A DNA stretch of 62,634 nt from Leptolyngbyaceae cyanobacterium (GTDB lineage: Bacteria > Cyanobacteriota > Cyanobacteriia > Phormidesmidales > Phormidesmidaceae): contig JBHJHA010000016.1 of NCBI GenBank assembly GCA_050331235.1, forward strand, positions 1-62,634, in the 5' to 3' direction. Under the pieces are notes generated by a model. The model saw only the letters and a list, made by a program, of their open reading frames with translations, did not search any database and was not told where the DNA came from. The position numbers were made by a program, and so were the translations under genes. Below, one piece after another: positions 30,102 to 42,228 of the stretch (its first letter is position 1; each line of letters begins with the position of its first letter).

Positions 30102-33100
30102 ATGAGTAATGAGTCGGGTCAGGAGTCACCGTCAGCCCCAAAGCAGCAACGCCGCCGAATTTGGACGACGACCTCTCTGACATTGGGCGCGATCGCCACC
30201 CTAGGCATAGCTGGCGGCGCGTGGTGGGCTTGGATGTTTGCTAACGAACGGCTGGCTCCGTGGGCCTCCGATTTTTTAACCGATGCGCTCGATCGTCCTG
30301 TGTCATTAGGGGAAGTCGAACGCGTTTCCTTAACGGGGGTCCGGTTTGGACCGTCGGCCATGCCCGCCACCGCCACGGATCCTGACGAGCTGTTTGTCGA
30401 AGGCATTGATGTCCGATTTAATCCATTAGATTTACTGCGGCGCGAGATCAATCCCCGCATTCGTCTCACAGGCATTCAGGCCTACATCGAACAAAACGCC
30501 CAGGGTGACTGGGTTGATGTCGAGTTTGATCTCGATGACAATGAGGAGGATGACGACGAGGAGACGGATCCCTTTATTCAGGTGAGTCCCACCGTTGGCT
30601 TTACCAACAGTGAAGTCGTCTTATTGCCTTATCTCGGCCCAATGGCAACGCCCCTGCCTTACACCATCAGTGACATTGATGGCAGCGTCACCGTCGAAGC
30701 GGTCGAGGTGGAAAACCCGATTGAAACTGGGAAGCCCAAGGTGGAAGCTCAACAGATTTCCCTAGCATTGACAGCCACCCCAGATGATGCCGGAGATCTC
30801 AACATTGATGGCGTCATCCGGCAGCTCAACTATGGCGAGGATGCTCCCGACAACCTGCTCGATGCGTTTGAAGCCAACTTAGCCATTCAAGTCCAGCGGA
30901 TCGACTTGGGAGCGCTAGCGCCGATCGCGATCGCCAGTACACCGGGGACCCTACCCATCACTATTAACGGCGGCATCATCAGCGGCAATGTCGATGCTGA
31001 GCTCGTCCCCTTTGAGACGCCTCGACTCACCGGCACAGCTACCGTGCAGGATGGAGAGCTAGTCGTCGATGCGTTAGAGACCCCCTTCACCCAGATCAAT
31101 ACCCAAGCCCGCTTTCAGGGCAACCGTGTGGCGTTAGAAGAGACGACAGCAACCTATGGCGACCTGATGGCGATGGCCCGTGGCACCATTGATCCCCGCA
31201 ATGGCTACAACCTCACAGGGGCGATCGCCCCTGTCACCCTAGCTGGTATTGCCAACACCTTCAACTTTGACTATCCCATTGACATGGCCGCCACCCTCCG
31301 GGCGCGCGATGTCAAAATGACAGGCCCCTTGGCTGAGCCGGTCGTGACGGGACTGGTCGAAACCACCGATGCCGCCACCCTTGATCAGGTGGACTTTGCT
31401 CGGGTTGCCTCCCAAGTGACCTATCGCCCCAACGGTTTCGACTTTGATGACTTCATCGCTGAACCGTTGGCCGGGGGCACCCTCGCGGGTCGCGGGGCGT
31501 TTGACTTTGGCCAGCCCCCTACCGTTGACCTCAAGCTCGAGGGTCGTAATCTGCCAGCGGATGCGATCGCCCAGCCCTACGGCTTGCCCGAGACGGTCGC
31601 CATCGGTACCCTCACCCTAGATGCCGATATCTCCGGACCGGTCAATGACTTAATTGGAGTCGTCACCTGGGATGCCCCTGACGGCACCTACCCCACACGG
31701 GGCACGGCCGAAGTCGCCGCTAACACCCTGCGCATTCCCAACGCGGCGATCGCTGGGGGCACCCTCACGGGTATTGGCACCCTTAATCAAGGACAGTGGA
31801 CCGCCGATGTCCAGGCACAAGGGCTACAGCTTGGCAGCTTTAATGAATCCCTCCAAGGGGTGACCGCTGGCGGCGATGTGCGGCTAGCTGGCAGCACCGA
31901 CAACTTTTCCCTCGCCGGCATTCGTGGGAATGGCGATGTTACAGCGGCGCTCCGCGGCGGTACATTAAACAGCCAGTTTGACCTAGCTGGCGGCAACTGG
32001 AACGCGAACGTGAGTACCCGCAATTTTCCCGTCCAGCAATTTTCCCCCAACGTTCCTGTGAGCAGTCTGTCAGCCGATGCTCAATTGGCCGGCAACGTTA
32101 ATGACTTCAGCCCCACCGGCATTCGCGGAGACGGAACCGCAACCGCCGCGATCGCTGGGGGTACCGTAACTAGCACCTTTACGCTGGCCAATGGGGATTG
32201 GCAGGCGGACGGGCGAGGCGACAACCTGCAGCTTCAGCAGCTATCCGACGATTTACGCGGCACGGGCCAAGCCACCTTTCAGCTGGCCGGCAACCTGGAT
32301 GATTTGAGCCCCACGGGCATTCAGGGGCGCGCCAACATCCGCCTCTCCGATGGGTTAGCCACGGCCAGAGCGCTCAATCCGGCGCTGGGGCGATCGCCGA
32401 CCCCCCTGGATGCGAGCCTCGCCTGGGATGGTCGCCAACTGCAAATTGATCGCTTAGAAACAGCCGGGCTCTTTGCCAGTGGTACTGTGACACCACTGCT
32501 CTCGGGACCAAGTGCCCCCGGCATCAGCGCCATTGATTTGGGCATCCGAGCCGACGACTATGCTCTCGCTGCTCTGCCGGTATCCTTGCCACCGCTAGTA
32601 GGCGTCGAAGGCACCGCTGACTTTCAAGGTCGCTTAACAGGCACACCCAGCAATCTGAATTTTGCCGGCGACCTCGCCCTCTATGAACTGGCACTAAACG
32701 ATCTCGTATTTGACCCAGTCTTGGCTGGCGATGTTAACTACTCAACAGCCGCAGGGCTGGCCGTCGGTTTATATGGTCAAGCTGATGAGATTTCGGTCAA
32801 CTATGTGCCCCAGACCCGACGACTAGATGCCCTGATCAGAGCCGGAGACGCGATCGCGGTTGCCGATACCGAGGGCGATTTGCTGCGGGCAGAGGTCTAC
32901 AACTTCCCAGTGTCGGCGCTCAACATTCCCCCTGCCAATACGCAATATGGCTCGCTGCGGGGCCGGGTCGAATACGCCAATGCCAGCATCAACCTCACAA
33001 ACTTCGACACGGTGGGACAGTTCGACGTTCAGAATTTGGGGTTGGGCCTTTATAGCGTCGATCGCCTTTATGGCGGCTTTAGCTATGCCGATGGGATCGC

Positions 33101-35687
33101 CCGCCTAAATGAAGGCCAGATTGTCATGGCTGATCGCAATGCCCGGGGCGAAGCGATCGCAACGCGAACCTACGACTTATCAGGCCGCTACAACTTTACC
33201 CAAACACCACAGCTAACCGCGTCTCTGTCAACAGACGAAGGGGAACTGCAGGATGTGTTTGAAATCCTCAAAATCCAAGACCTAGCCGATTTTCGGCGCG
33301 GTCTGACCCCGAATGACGGATTCATTCCGACTTCGACGGCAGAGGCAGAGGCGATTTTGGCCACCACACCGGTCGGCAATCCCAACGACACCCTGCTGAA
33401 CCAACTACGGCGGCTATCTGAAATTGAAGAACTCGAGTTTTTGGCTGAGGTGCAAGCTGAAGAGGCACGGGTGCCTCCCCTGAGCGAACTGCAAGGGAGC
33501 TTTAATGGACAGATTGACTTAGCCGCCACCCTACCCGAGAATATCGAACTCAGCTTTGATCTTAAAGGCAACAACTGGGCCTGGGGGCCCGATATCGAAG
33601 CCGACATTGTCGTGTTGCAGGGTAACTATACCAACGGGTTAGTGAACCTATCCCCCGTTCGCTTCAGCACCAAAGAGGAAGGGGAGTTGGCATCCGTCAG
33701 TCTGGCCGGCAGCTTTTCGCTAGATCCCGAAGATATGGAAGAGCGCCAGATGAAACTGAGGGTGATCAATGTTCCGATTGATCAGATCGAAGACTTCGCC
33801 AAACTGCCCTTTGATTTGGAAGGGCGACTCAATAGTACAACCACGCTCAGCGGCCGTTTAGGCGATCCTACGCTGGCAGGCCAGTTAGAAGTCGTTGACG
33901 GGATTCTCAATGGCACGGCGATCGATGATGCCACCGCCACGTATACCTATGCCAATGCTCGGGGCACGCTGGATGCCGAGCTACTGCTGATTGGCTCTGA
34001 TGATCCGCTGACGCTATCAGCCCAAGTGCCTTACCAGTTTGCCTTTGTTGAGGTGGAGCCCGCCGACCAAAGCTACATTATCAAAGCCAATGTCAAGGAT
34101 GAAGGGCTAGCGTTGCTCAATATCTTTACCCAGCAGATTGCCTGGGAGTCGGGCCAAGGTGAAATAATCCTTGATTTGGAAGGAGATTTGGCCGAAGATA
34201 TCTTGCCCACCAAGTTTCAAGGCTTAGTGCTGTTAGAAGACGCGACCATCTCCGCCCGTGCCCTGCCGGTGCCCATGACTAACGTGACGGGGCAAATCCG
34301 TTTGTTACCGGCTTCTTTAGCCCTAGTCGTTGATGATCTCACTGGGCAATTTAGCGAAGGGGAGTTATCGGCACAAGGCGTCTTTCCGCTGTTGTACCCC
34401 CTCGAAGATCTGTCTACCGAGGCCCCCGAGCCCGCCGCTCCAGATCTGGAAGATGTCAGCCCGGAGATGTCTGAGGACAGCGCCACCGCAGCGGCGAATG
34501 AGACCACCGGAGAAGCGTCTACCGCTGAGGATATCACTGGCGCTGCCAGTGTGACTGCATCGCCAGCGCTCGCCCAAACCTCACCCCTTACCCTCAGCCT
34601 TGACAACATTGCGTTGAATCTTCAAGGTCTCTATAACGGTCAAGTCGATGGGCGCATGCAGCTCCTGGGCAGTCTCCTATTTGGCCCCAAACTCACTGGC
34701 GAAATCGATTTATCCCAGGGCACTATCACCGTTCCCGAAGGGGGCAATACCAGCACCAGCAGCGTCGCCAATTCCGCCACCGAAACCCAGCAAAACTCCA
34801 TTCCACCCTTTAGTTTTGACAACCTGAGAATTGTCCTGGCCCGTAACATCAATATCGTCCAGGGCAATTTTTTGAACGTCGCCGCCCGGGGCGGGTTAAG
34901 GCTGGACGGCACGCTCGACACCTTGCAGCCCAACGGGACAATCCAGCTCCCCTCAGGTCGGGTAGGCCTTTTTGCCGTGGCCTTGCGTCTAGCCGGCAGC
35001 AACGATCGCGCCGAGTTTCGAGGCAACTTTGACCCCATTCTCGATGTCACCCTACAAACGTCCCTCCCAGATGCCTCATCCGCAGCCTCTGATATTGGCG
35101 TTACAACCAGCCCCTTCCCCCAAAACGAAGTTTCCGACAATACCATTCAAAACATTGGCCTCACCCAACAGGGCAACAGCTTAGTCAGAATCAATGCCCG
35201 TTACACGGGCCCGGCCAGCGAATTGGCTAATCTGACCACCGATTCTCGCAATCTGGAGTTGAGTAGTTCGCCCCCGCGCTCCAACGCCGAAATTGTGACT
35301 CTGCTCAGCGGCAATGTCATCGGGGCCTTAGACGCCTTAGAAAGCGGCGATGCCCTGACCGGTATCGGTACCTTTGTCGGCTCTGCTTTACTCAACTCGG
35401 TGCGAGAGTTCTTGGGCGATACCGTCCCCATCAGCGAGTTCCGCATCTTTCAAGTGAATGAAAGCTCAGGTGGGGTCAACGATAGCGAGGACATCGGTGG
35501 CGAGATCGGCTTTGATGTGACGTCTAATATCTCGGTCTCGGTCCTCAAGGTGCTGACTAACGATACGCCATTCCAGTTCAATACGCGCTATCGCCTTAGC
35601 GATCAGTTCACCGTGCGCGGGACCACTAGCTATGAGGACTTTAGCGATCGCACAGGAGTCTTGCTAGAGTATGAAACGCGGTTCTAA
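30102..35687 (+). CDS. tamB: TamB/AsmA-like translocation and assembly module protein (DUF490/DUF748)
   Basis: N-terminal TM anchor, long beta-rich body with internal repeats, LSSSPPRS..EI..LL, C-terminal EYETRF. Confidence 0.85.
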   Translation: MSNESGQESPSAPKQQRRRIWTTTSLTLGAIATLGIAGGAWWAWMFANERLAPWASDFLTDALDRPVSLGEVERVSLTGVRFGPSAMPATATDPDELFVEGIDVRFNPLDLLRREINPRIRLTGIQAYIEQNAQGDWVDVEFDLDDNEEDDDEETDPFIQVSPTVGFTNSEVVLLPYLGPMATPLPYTISDIDGSVTVEAVEVENPIETGKPKVEAQQISLALTATPDDAGDLNIDGVIRQLNYGEDAPDNLLDAFEANLAIQVQRIDLGALAPIAIASTPGTLPITINGGIISGNVDAELVPFETPRLTGTATVQDGELVVDALETPFTQINTQARFQGNRVALEETTATYGDLMAMARGTIDPRNGYNLTGAIAPVTLAGIANTFNFDYPIDMAATLRARDVKMTGPLAEPVVTGLVETTDAATLDQVDFARVASQVTYRPNGFDFDDFIAEPLAGGTLAGRGAFDFGQPPTVDLKLEGRNLPADAIAQPYGLPETVAIGTLTLDADISGPVNDLIGVVTWDAPDGTYPTRGTAEVAANTLRIPNAAIAGGTLTGIGTLNQGQWTADVQAQGLQLGSFNESLQGVTAGGDVRLAGSTDNFSLAGIRGNGDVTAALRGGTLNSQFDLAGGNWNANVSTRNFPVQQFSPNVPVSSLSADAQLAGNVNDFSPTGIRGDGTATAAIAGGTVTSTFTLANGDWQADGRGDNLQLQQLSDDLRGTGQATFQLAGNLDDLSPTGIQGRANIRLSDGLATARALNPALGRSPTPLDASLAWDGRQLQIDRLETAGLFASGTVTPLLSGPSAPGISAIDLGIRADDYALAALPVSLPPLVGVEGTADFQGRLTGTPSNLNFAGDLALYELALNDLVFDPVLAGDVNYSTAAGLAVGLYGQADEISVNYVPQTRRLDALIRAGDAIAVADTEGDLLRAEVYNFPVSALNIPPANTQYGSLRGRVEYANASINLTNFDTVGQFDVQNLGLGLYSVDRLYGGFSYADGIARLNEGQIVMADRNARGEAIATRTYDLSGRYNFTQTPQLTASLSTDEGELQDVFEILKIQDLADFRRGLTPNDGFIPTSTAEAEAILATTPVGNPNDTLLNQLRRLSEIEELEFLAEVQAEEARVPPLSELQGSFNGQIDLAATLPENIELSFDLKGNNWAWGPDIEADIVVLQGNYTNGLVNLSPVRFSTKEEGELASVSLAGSFSLDPEDMEERQMKLRVINVPIDQIEDFAKLPFDLEGRLNSTTTLSGRLGDPTLAGQLEVVDGILNGTAIDDATATYTYANARGTLDAELLLIGSDDPLTLSAQVPYQFAFVEVEPADQSYIIKANVKDEGLALLNIFTQQIAWESGQGEIILDLEGDLAEDILPTKFQGLVLLEDATISARALPVPMTNVTGQIRLLPASLALVVDDLTGQFSEGELSAQGVFPLLYPLEDLSTEAPEPAAPDLEDVSPEMSEDSATAAANETTGEASTAEDITGAASVTASPALAQTSPLTLSLDNIALNLQGLYNGQVDGRMQLLGSLLFGPKLTGEIDLSQGTITVPEGGNTSTSSVANSATETQQNSIPPFSFDNLRIVLARNINIVQGNFLNVAARGGLRLDGTLDTLQPNGTIQLPSGRVGLFAVALRLAGSNDRAEFRGNFDPILDVTLQTSLPDASSAASDIGVTTSPFPQNEVSDNTIQNIGLTQQGNSLVRINARYTGPASELANLTTDSRNLELSSSPPRSNAEIVTLLSGNVIGALDALESGDALTGIGTFVGSALLNSVREFLGDTVPISEFRIFQVNESSGGVNDSEDIGGEIGFDVTSNISVSVLKVLTNDTPFQFNTRYRLSDQFTVRGTTSYEDFSDRTGVLLEYETRF

Positions 35688-35697
35688 ACGATAGTCA

Positions 35698-36315
35698 GTG
35701 ATGAAGTCAAAGTCAGAGGATGAGTTATCTGTGACCCAACCGGAGGCCGATAACGAGAAGCCAACGGAACGCTCGGGATGGCAGCGGCTTTGGCTCAGTC
35801 AGCGGGAAAATTTTCGCATCCTCGCGATCGCCCTCGTCATCGCTGTATTCCTGCGGATCTTTGTGGCCGAGCCTCGCTTTATTCCCTCCAACTCCATGGA
35901 GCCCACGCTACATGTTGGCGATCGCCTACTCGTAGACAAGGTTTCGGCCCGCCTGCATCCCCCCCATGCCGGCGACATCATTGTGTTTGCACCGCCACCG
36001 CAGCTGCAGGAATATGGCTACAGTGGCAAACAAGCCTTTATCAAGCGAGTCATTGCCACTCCGGGGAAAACGGTCACTGTCACCGACCACCAGGTCATCG
36101 TTGACGGCCAGCCCTTGTCGGAAGGCTACCTCCTAGAGCGCCCTGACTACCTCATGGGTGCCATCACCGTGCCACCCGATGGCCTCTTTGTCATGGGCGA
36201 CAACCGCAACGACAGCAATGACTCCCATGTATGGGGCATTTTGCCCCAGGAAAACGTCATTGGCATTGCCCGTTTCCGTTTTTGGCCCCTTTCCCGAATC
36301 GGCACCGTCTCCTAG
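35698..36315 (+). CDS. lepB: Signal peptidase I
   Basis: IPSNSMEPTL, FIKRVI, MGDNRNDSNDSH. Confidence 0.93.
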   Translation: MMKSKSEDELSVTQPEADNEKPTERSGWQRLWLSQRENFRILAIALVIAVFLRIFVAEPRFIPSNSMEPTLHVGDRLLVDKVSARLHPPHAGDIIVFAPPPQLQEYGYSGKQAFIKRVIATPGKTVTVTDHQVIVDGQPLSEGYLLERPDYLMGAITVPPDGLFVMGDNRNDSNDSHVWGILPQENVIGIARFRFWPLSRIGTVS

Positions 36316-36622
36316 TGGGCGTTAAACTTACGCAACAAATTCCTATCGTCCATCTCCCCCTTTAGATACATCAATATCCTGCCTGGGTAGCCTGATTACA
36401 AGCCTCTCGACTCAGATTAGTATCAAGCCTTTTTAGTACAGTGCCGTGTCAGGCTAGCCCCTAACTTGGACCAAGGCAATCAGATGTCAAGGTCATATCA
36501 CCGACACCAAGCTGGCGTTATCCTGCGGCTTATTTTTATCACTGTCAGTGCGAGGCCGAGACGTTCTCAAGTCTGCTCACATTATCCGGGCTGACTGCGC
36601 ATGATCCGGAGCAAGGGAAACT

Positions 36623-38578
36623 ATGGTTAGCGCTCCACAACGATTTATTGACTGGTCGCAGCTTGCCTCAGCACTCGACTTTGAGGTAATCGCAACGATG
36701 AATTCGCCCCTCTTAGAGGGGTCTCACCTGCATAACAGCTCTTTTGCTGATTTGCTGGCCCCCCTCAGTCCGGACACCTGCGAACCGGTTGTGCAACAAA
36801 TCAAATTGCAGCTACAGGTGGTCAACCAAACGCTGCTGCTGCTGGAGGGACAGACCTTTGATGCCATCCTGCAGGACATGCTGCAGGCCTTTGCGCGTAA
36901 AGTCGGGGAGATTCTCGGGGCCGATCGCACAACCGTCTTTCTAGCGGACCAAAAGCGGCAGGAGCTGTGGTCAACCGTAGCCACTGGCAGCCATCCCCAC
37001 GCCCATTATGAAATTCGCTTGCCTTGGAATCAGGGCATTGCCGGTGAGGTTGCGGGCTCCTGTGGCAGTGTGAATATTCCCTTCGATTTTTACGATGACC
37101 ACCGGTCGGCGGCAGCCAAAGACATCGAAACGCAAACCGGCTATCGGACCTACACCATGCTGGCGCTGCCAGTTTTAGACCGACAGGGCCAGCTGCTCGC
37201 CGTCATCGAATTGTTAAATAAGCTTTCGCCTCAAGCGGCTGAGCTGGCTCCCCTATCAGAGCGGATTGATGCGCAAGGCTTTACCGCCGATGATGAAGCA
37301 AGGTTTGCTCAATTCTCAGATATCTTTCGCCTAATTTTGGAAAGCTCACAGGCGTTTTATCAAGCGGCTCGTCGTCAAAAAACGGCTACGGTGCTGGTTA
37401 AAGCCGCCCAAGCCCTGAACCATAGCGGCCTCACCTTAGAGAGTACGCTAGAGCGAGTCATGCAAGAGGCCCAGCACCTCTTAGAGGCCGATCGCGGCAC
37501 TATCTGGCTTGTCAATCACGATCGCCAAGACCTGTGGACTCGACTACCCGATACCCAAGGAGCGATCGCTGAGGTCAGGATCCCCATTGGCGAAGGCTAC
37601 GCCGGCCAAGTCGCCCAGACCAAGACTACCCTCAACATCCCGTTTGATCTTTATGAGCGTCCGGATTCCAAAACGGCGCAGCGTATTGATCAAGCCAGTG
37701 GCTATCGCACCTATAGTCTGTTGTGCATGCCCGTTTTCGACACCCACGGTGACTTAATCGCCGTCACCCAACTCGTCAATAAACGCCATTCTGGGGCCGC
37801 CGCCAAAGCTAGTGCCCCAGGCAGCGACGATGACATTCCCACATGCTTTCAGACGAGCTTTAGCGATGATGATGAATTTTTCATGCTGGCTTTCAATATT
37901 CACGCTGGAGTCGCGATCGAGCGAGCACTCTTGTACGAATCGTTAGAAGCCAAAGTCATTGCCCGGACCCAACAGCTCCAGTTGGCCAACCAGCAACTCG
38001 AGCAGGAAGTTGAGGAGCGCATCAAAGCCGAGCAAGCACTTAGCAAACTCAACCGTCAATTAACCACTATGGCTCGGGTTGATCCCCTGACCCAAGTCGC
38101 CAATCGGCGTGAATTTGACGAACATATCCAAGCCGAATGGCGGCGGATGCGGCGACTCCGAGCCCCCCTTTCAACCATCCTGTGTGATATCGACTTTTTC
38201 AAACGATACAACGATCGCTATGGTCATCCTGCTGGCGATGAATGTCTACGGCAGGTTGCAGCGGCCATGCAGGAGCAAATCAAACGGTCGGGGGATTTGC
38301 TCGCCCGCTACGGCGGTGAAGAGTTCGTCATTGTGCTGCCCAATACGCCACTGGCAGGCGCTATCCATGTCGCCGAAGAAATGCGCCAAGCAGTTTTGAA
38401 TCTGGCAATTCTCCATGAGGGCTCTGACGTTCACCGCTGCGTAACCTTGAGTCTGGGCGTGGCAACGAGCCTCCCAGAGGCTGATAGTAGCGAGGAAGAC
38501 TTAATTCAGAAAACTGATGAAGCACTTTATCAAGCGAAACAACAAGGCCGTAACCGCGTCGTTGGCAACCAGTACTGA
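36623..38578 (+). CDS. Tandem-GAF (CyaB-type) diguanylate cyclase
   Basis: Two GAF domains each with NK...F..(D)DE motif, coiled coil, DPLTQVANRR, RSGD I-site, RYGGEEF. Confidence 0.9.
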   Translation: MVSAPQRFIDWSQLASALDFEVIATMNSPLLEGSHLHNSSFADLLAPLSPDTCEPVVQQIKLQLQVVNQTLLLLEGQTFDAILQDMLQAFARKVGEILGADRTTVFLADQKRQELWSTVATGSHPHAHYEIRLPWNQGIAGEVAGSCGSVNIPFDFYDDHRSAAAKDIETQTGYRTYTMLALPVLDRQGQLLAVIELLNKLSPQAAELAPLSERIDAQGFTADDEARFAQFSDIFRLILESSQAFYQAARRQKTATVLVKAAQALNHSGLTLESTLERVMQEAQHLLEADRGTIWLVNHDRQDLWTRLPDTQGAIAEVRIPIGEGYAGQVAQTKTTLNIPFDLYERPDSKTAQRIDQASGYRTYSLLCMPVFDTHGDLIAVTQLVNKRHSGAAAKASAPGSDDDIPTCFQTSFSDDDEFFMLAFNIHAGVAIERALLYESLEAKVIARTQQLQLANQQLEQEVEERIKAEQALSKLNRQLTTMARVDPLTQVANRREFDEHIQAEWRRMRRLRAPLSTILCDIDFFKRYNDRYGHPAGDECLRQVAAAMQEQIKRSGDLLARYGGEEFVIVLPNTPLAGAIHVAEEMRQAVLNLAILHEGSDVHRCVTLSLGVATSLPEADSSEEDLIQKTDEALYQAKQQGRNRVVGNQY

Positions 38579-38709
38579 TAAAAAACCAACCTTCATAACA
38601 TAGAGCCCGCCTGAGATGGCACGGCTGAAAAAGCCTAGCCGCCGTCTGTCTAACAGGCCTTTAGGACTGCCTTTAGGAACATCGTGATTTTGACCACTAG
38701 GTTCGTCGG

Positions 38710-38747
38710 AGTCGAGAAAGGCCCAGAATGTTGAGCTTTTCTCGACT
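38710..38747. terminator. Stem-loop between convergent DGC and thiC
   Basis: AGTCGAGAAAGGC...GCTTTTCTCGACT inverted repeat. Confidence 0.55.
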
Positions 38748-38766
38748 GAGTCAACTCAAGAGCGCT

Positions 38767-40170
<1,404 letters not shown>

Positions 40171-40482
40171 CTATAAAGGGTCAATCATTTTTGAGGCGGC
40201 ATGTGGAAGGTCAATTCTATAAAGCCCTTCCAAAACTCTGTTGACGTAGTTGCCCAGAGATTTAAAAACGCCACCTCGCCGTAGGAACGCAAGGGGCTAG
40301 AGGTAATGTCAGGTTTGGAAGGATGAAGGGAAAAACTAGCGTGACGTTGCAAATACCGATTGGGTAGGCAAGAAAGTCGAAATTCATCGTCAGAGAAACC
40401 GCATGGCTACATTTCCCAACTTGAATTCAAAATCCCAAATTCGCTATTTCGCTCGTCGCTGCGGTCTCGTAACCTCAATCAA

Positions 40483-40562
40483 CGCTTCCCTCCGCTGGCA
40501 TAAACCAGGTCAGGTTCTGAGGGTATGATCTCAGCCCGATGTGATTCGGACACCCCTAGCTT
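40483..40562 (-). promoter_or_regulatory. TPP riboswitch
   Basis: Minus strand GCTAGGGGTGTCCG...GGGCTGAGATCATACCC...GAACCTGACCTGGTTTATGCCAGCGGAGGGAAGC, upstream of thiC. Confidence 0.95.
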
Positions 40563-40895
40563 ACGGATGATTGTATCACTGCTCCTTTTGACCGTGCAGG
40601 CCTTTACGTTCCGCAATCTCAGTCCCATTTGGCCAAAATTTGTCCAATCTGAAAAGCCTTACAAACATCACCTCCCAGCGCCCTTAGGCAGTAAGTCGTC
40701 ACTCTCGCTGTCAAGGTCAGAGGCCAGCAACTCATCGAGGGAGACTAGAGGCCGGATTTTCGTAGACGGCTGCAGCTGAGTAGGATCAGCCTGGCAACTC
40801 GACTACGCTTTGAAGGTGCGTAGGCTTTTGGCGATTTCCAGATATTCCCTGTAGTCGGCAATAATAGCAAGCAAGCCGCTCACGTTACGCACGTC

Positions 40896-42059
40896 TCACA
40901 GCAAACCGACTAAGTGCAGCGGGCCATGACCACTGATTAACTCCACCATTAGCGCTAGGAAGCCAATCATCGCTAGGCGGCCATTCCACACTTCGGCAAC
41001 TGGCGTCATACCCCAAGCAGAGCGCTCTTGAGGATAGATTTTAACCTTCTTATCCGGTTCTACGACATCCGCAAATAGTCGCCGTGGGGCCTGCAAAGCC
41101 TCCATGACCATGGCCGCCATGTCTTCAATAAAGCCAGGATGGGTGTTGAGGGCAGGGACTCGACGAAACGTATCAATGCCAGCCTCCTCAGCGATCTCAC
41201 GATACTCAATATCGATTTCTTGTAAGGTCTCGATGTGTTCGGAGACAAAGCTAATCGGCACGACAACCAATTGCTCGATGCCGGCTTCTGCCAATTCTTC
41301 GATCGCATCCTCAGTGTAAGGTTGTAGCCACTCTACTGGACCTACCCGGCTCTGATAGGCCAGGGTATGACGATTGGGTCGCTCAAGTGCCTGCATGATG
41401 AGATCGACACAGTGCTCAATTTCTCGCTGGTAGGGGTCGCCAGCCTCTTCAACGTAGCTCACCGGTACACCGTGGGCGCTAAAGAAAATATGCCCCGCAT
41501 TCGGCTCAGGCAGCTGGTCAAGTTCCCGGCGGATCAAATCAGCCATGGCCTGCACATATCCTGGACGGGCATACCATGACGGAATGACGGTGTAGTGGAT
41601 GCGCTCTAAGGAGGGATCTTCCTTCCACAGCTTTTGTAACAGTCGGAAGCTCGAGCCGCTTGTACTAATGGAATATTGCGGATAAAGGGGCAAAACGACA
41701 AGTTCTTCAATGCAATCGCGCTTAAGACGGGCGATCGCCTCTTCTGTAAAGGGATACCAGTAGCGCATGCCGATATAAACCTCGGCCGGCTGCCCTGCGG
41801 CTTCTAATCGCGACTTCAGCGCATCCGCCTGCTGCTCAGTGATGCGACGAATGGGAGAACCACCACCAATCTGACTGTAGTTTTGCTGCGACTGCTTTGC
41901 CCGACTATTGGAAATCAACCAGGCCAATGGCTTTTGCAGCCAGGGCACTGGCAAGCGGATGATCTCAGGATCGGCAAATAGATTGAACAGAAAAGGACGG
42001 ACGTCCTCAAGCTGCTCTGGCCCACCCAAGTTCAATAGCAATACCCCTACACGGCCCAT
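40896..42059 (-). CDS. hemH: Ferrochelatase with C-terminal CAB domain
   Basis: [23 protein letters not shown] motif [13 protein letters not shown]. Confidence 0.96.
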   Translation of the reverse strand: MGRVGVLLLNLGGPEQLEDVRPFLFNLFADPEIIRLPVPWLQKPLAWLISNSRAKQSQQNYSQIGGGSPIRRITEQQADALKSRLEAAGQPAEVYIGMRYWYPFTEEAIARLKRDCIEELVVLPLYPQYSISTSGSSFRLLQKLWKEDPSLERIHYTVIPSWYARPGYVQAMADLIRRELDQLPEPNAGHIFFSAHGVPVSYVEEAGDPYQREIEHCVDLIMQALERPNRHTLAYQSRVGPVEWLQPYTEDAIEELAEAGIEQLVVVPISFVSEHIETLQEIDIEYREIAEEAGIDTFRRVPALNTHPGFIEDMAAMVMEALQAPRRLFADVVEPDKKVKIYPQERSAWGMTPVAEVWNGRLAMIGFLALMVELISGHGPLHLVGLL

Positions 42060-42228
42060 ATCGGTTGAGATCCTAAACTTCTAATGATTCTTAAAATTAT
42101 CGTAACAATTGATTTAACTAACGGACACATCCGCAACAAAATGCAGATTCATCCGTAGCCAGCATCGGTAGCCCAGTCGTGCAAACCTTTAGAGTGAAAT
42201 CATTCTAAACCAGCAAAGAGACGATTTT

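Noticed and set aside
30119..35446. Many antisense ORFs within tamB (also within dnaE, thiC, the transketolase-like gene and pepP)
   Set aside because: Expected shadow ORFs from codon bias in long genes.
40525..40779. 84-aa plus-strand ORF
   Set aside because: Overlaps the TPP riboswitch and promoter antisense; no protein features.
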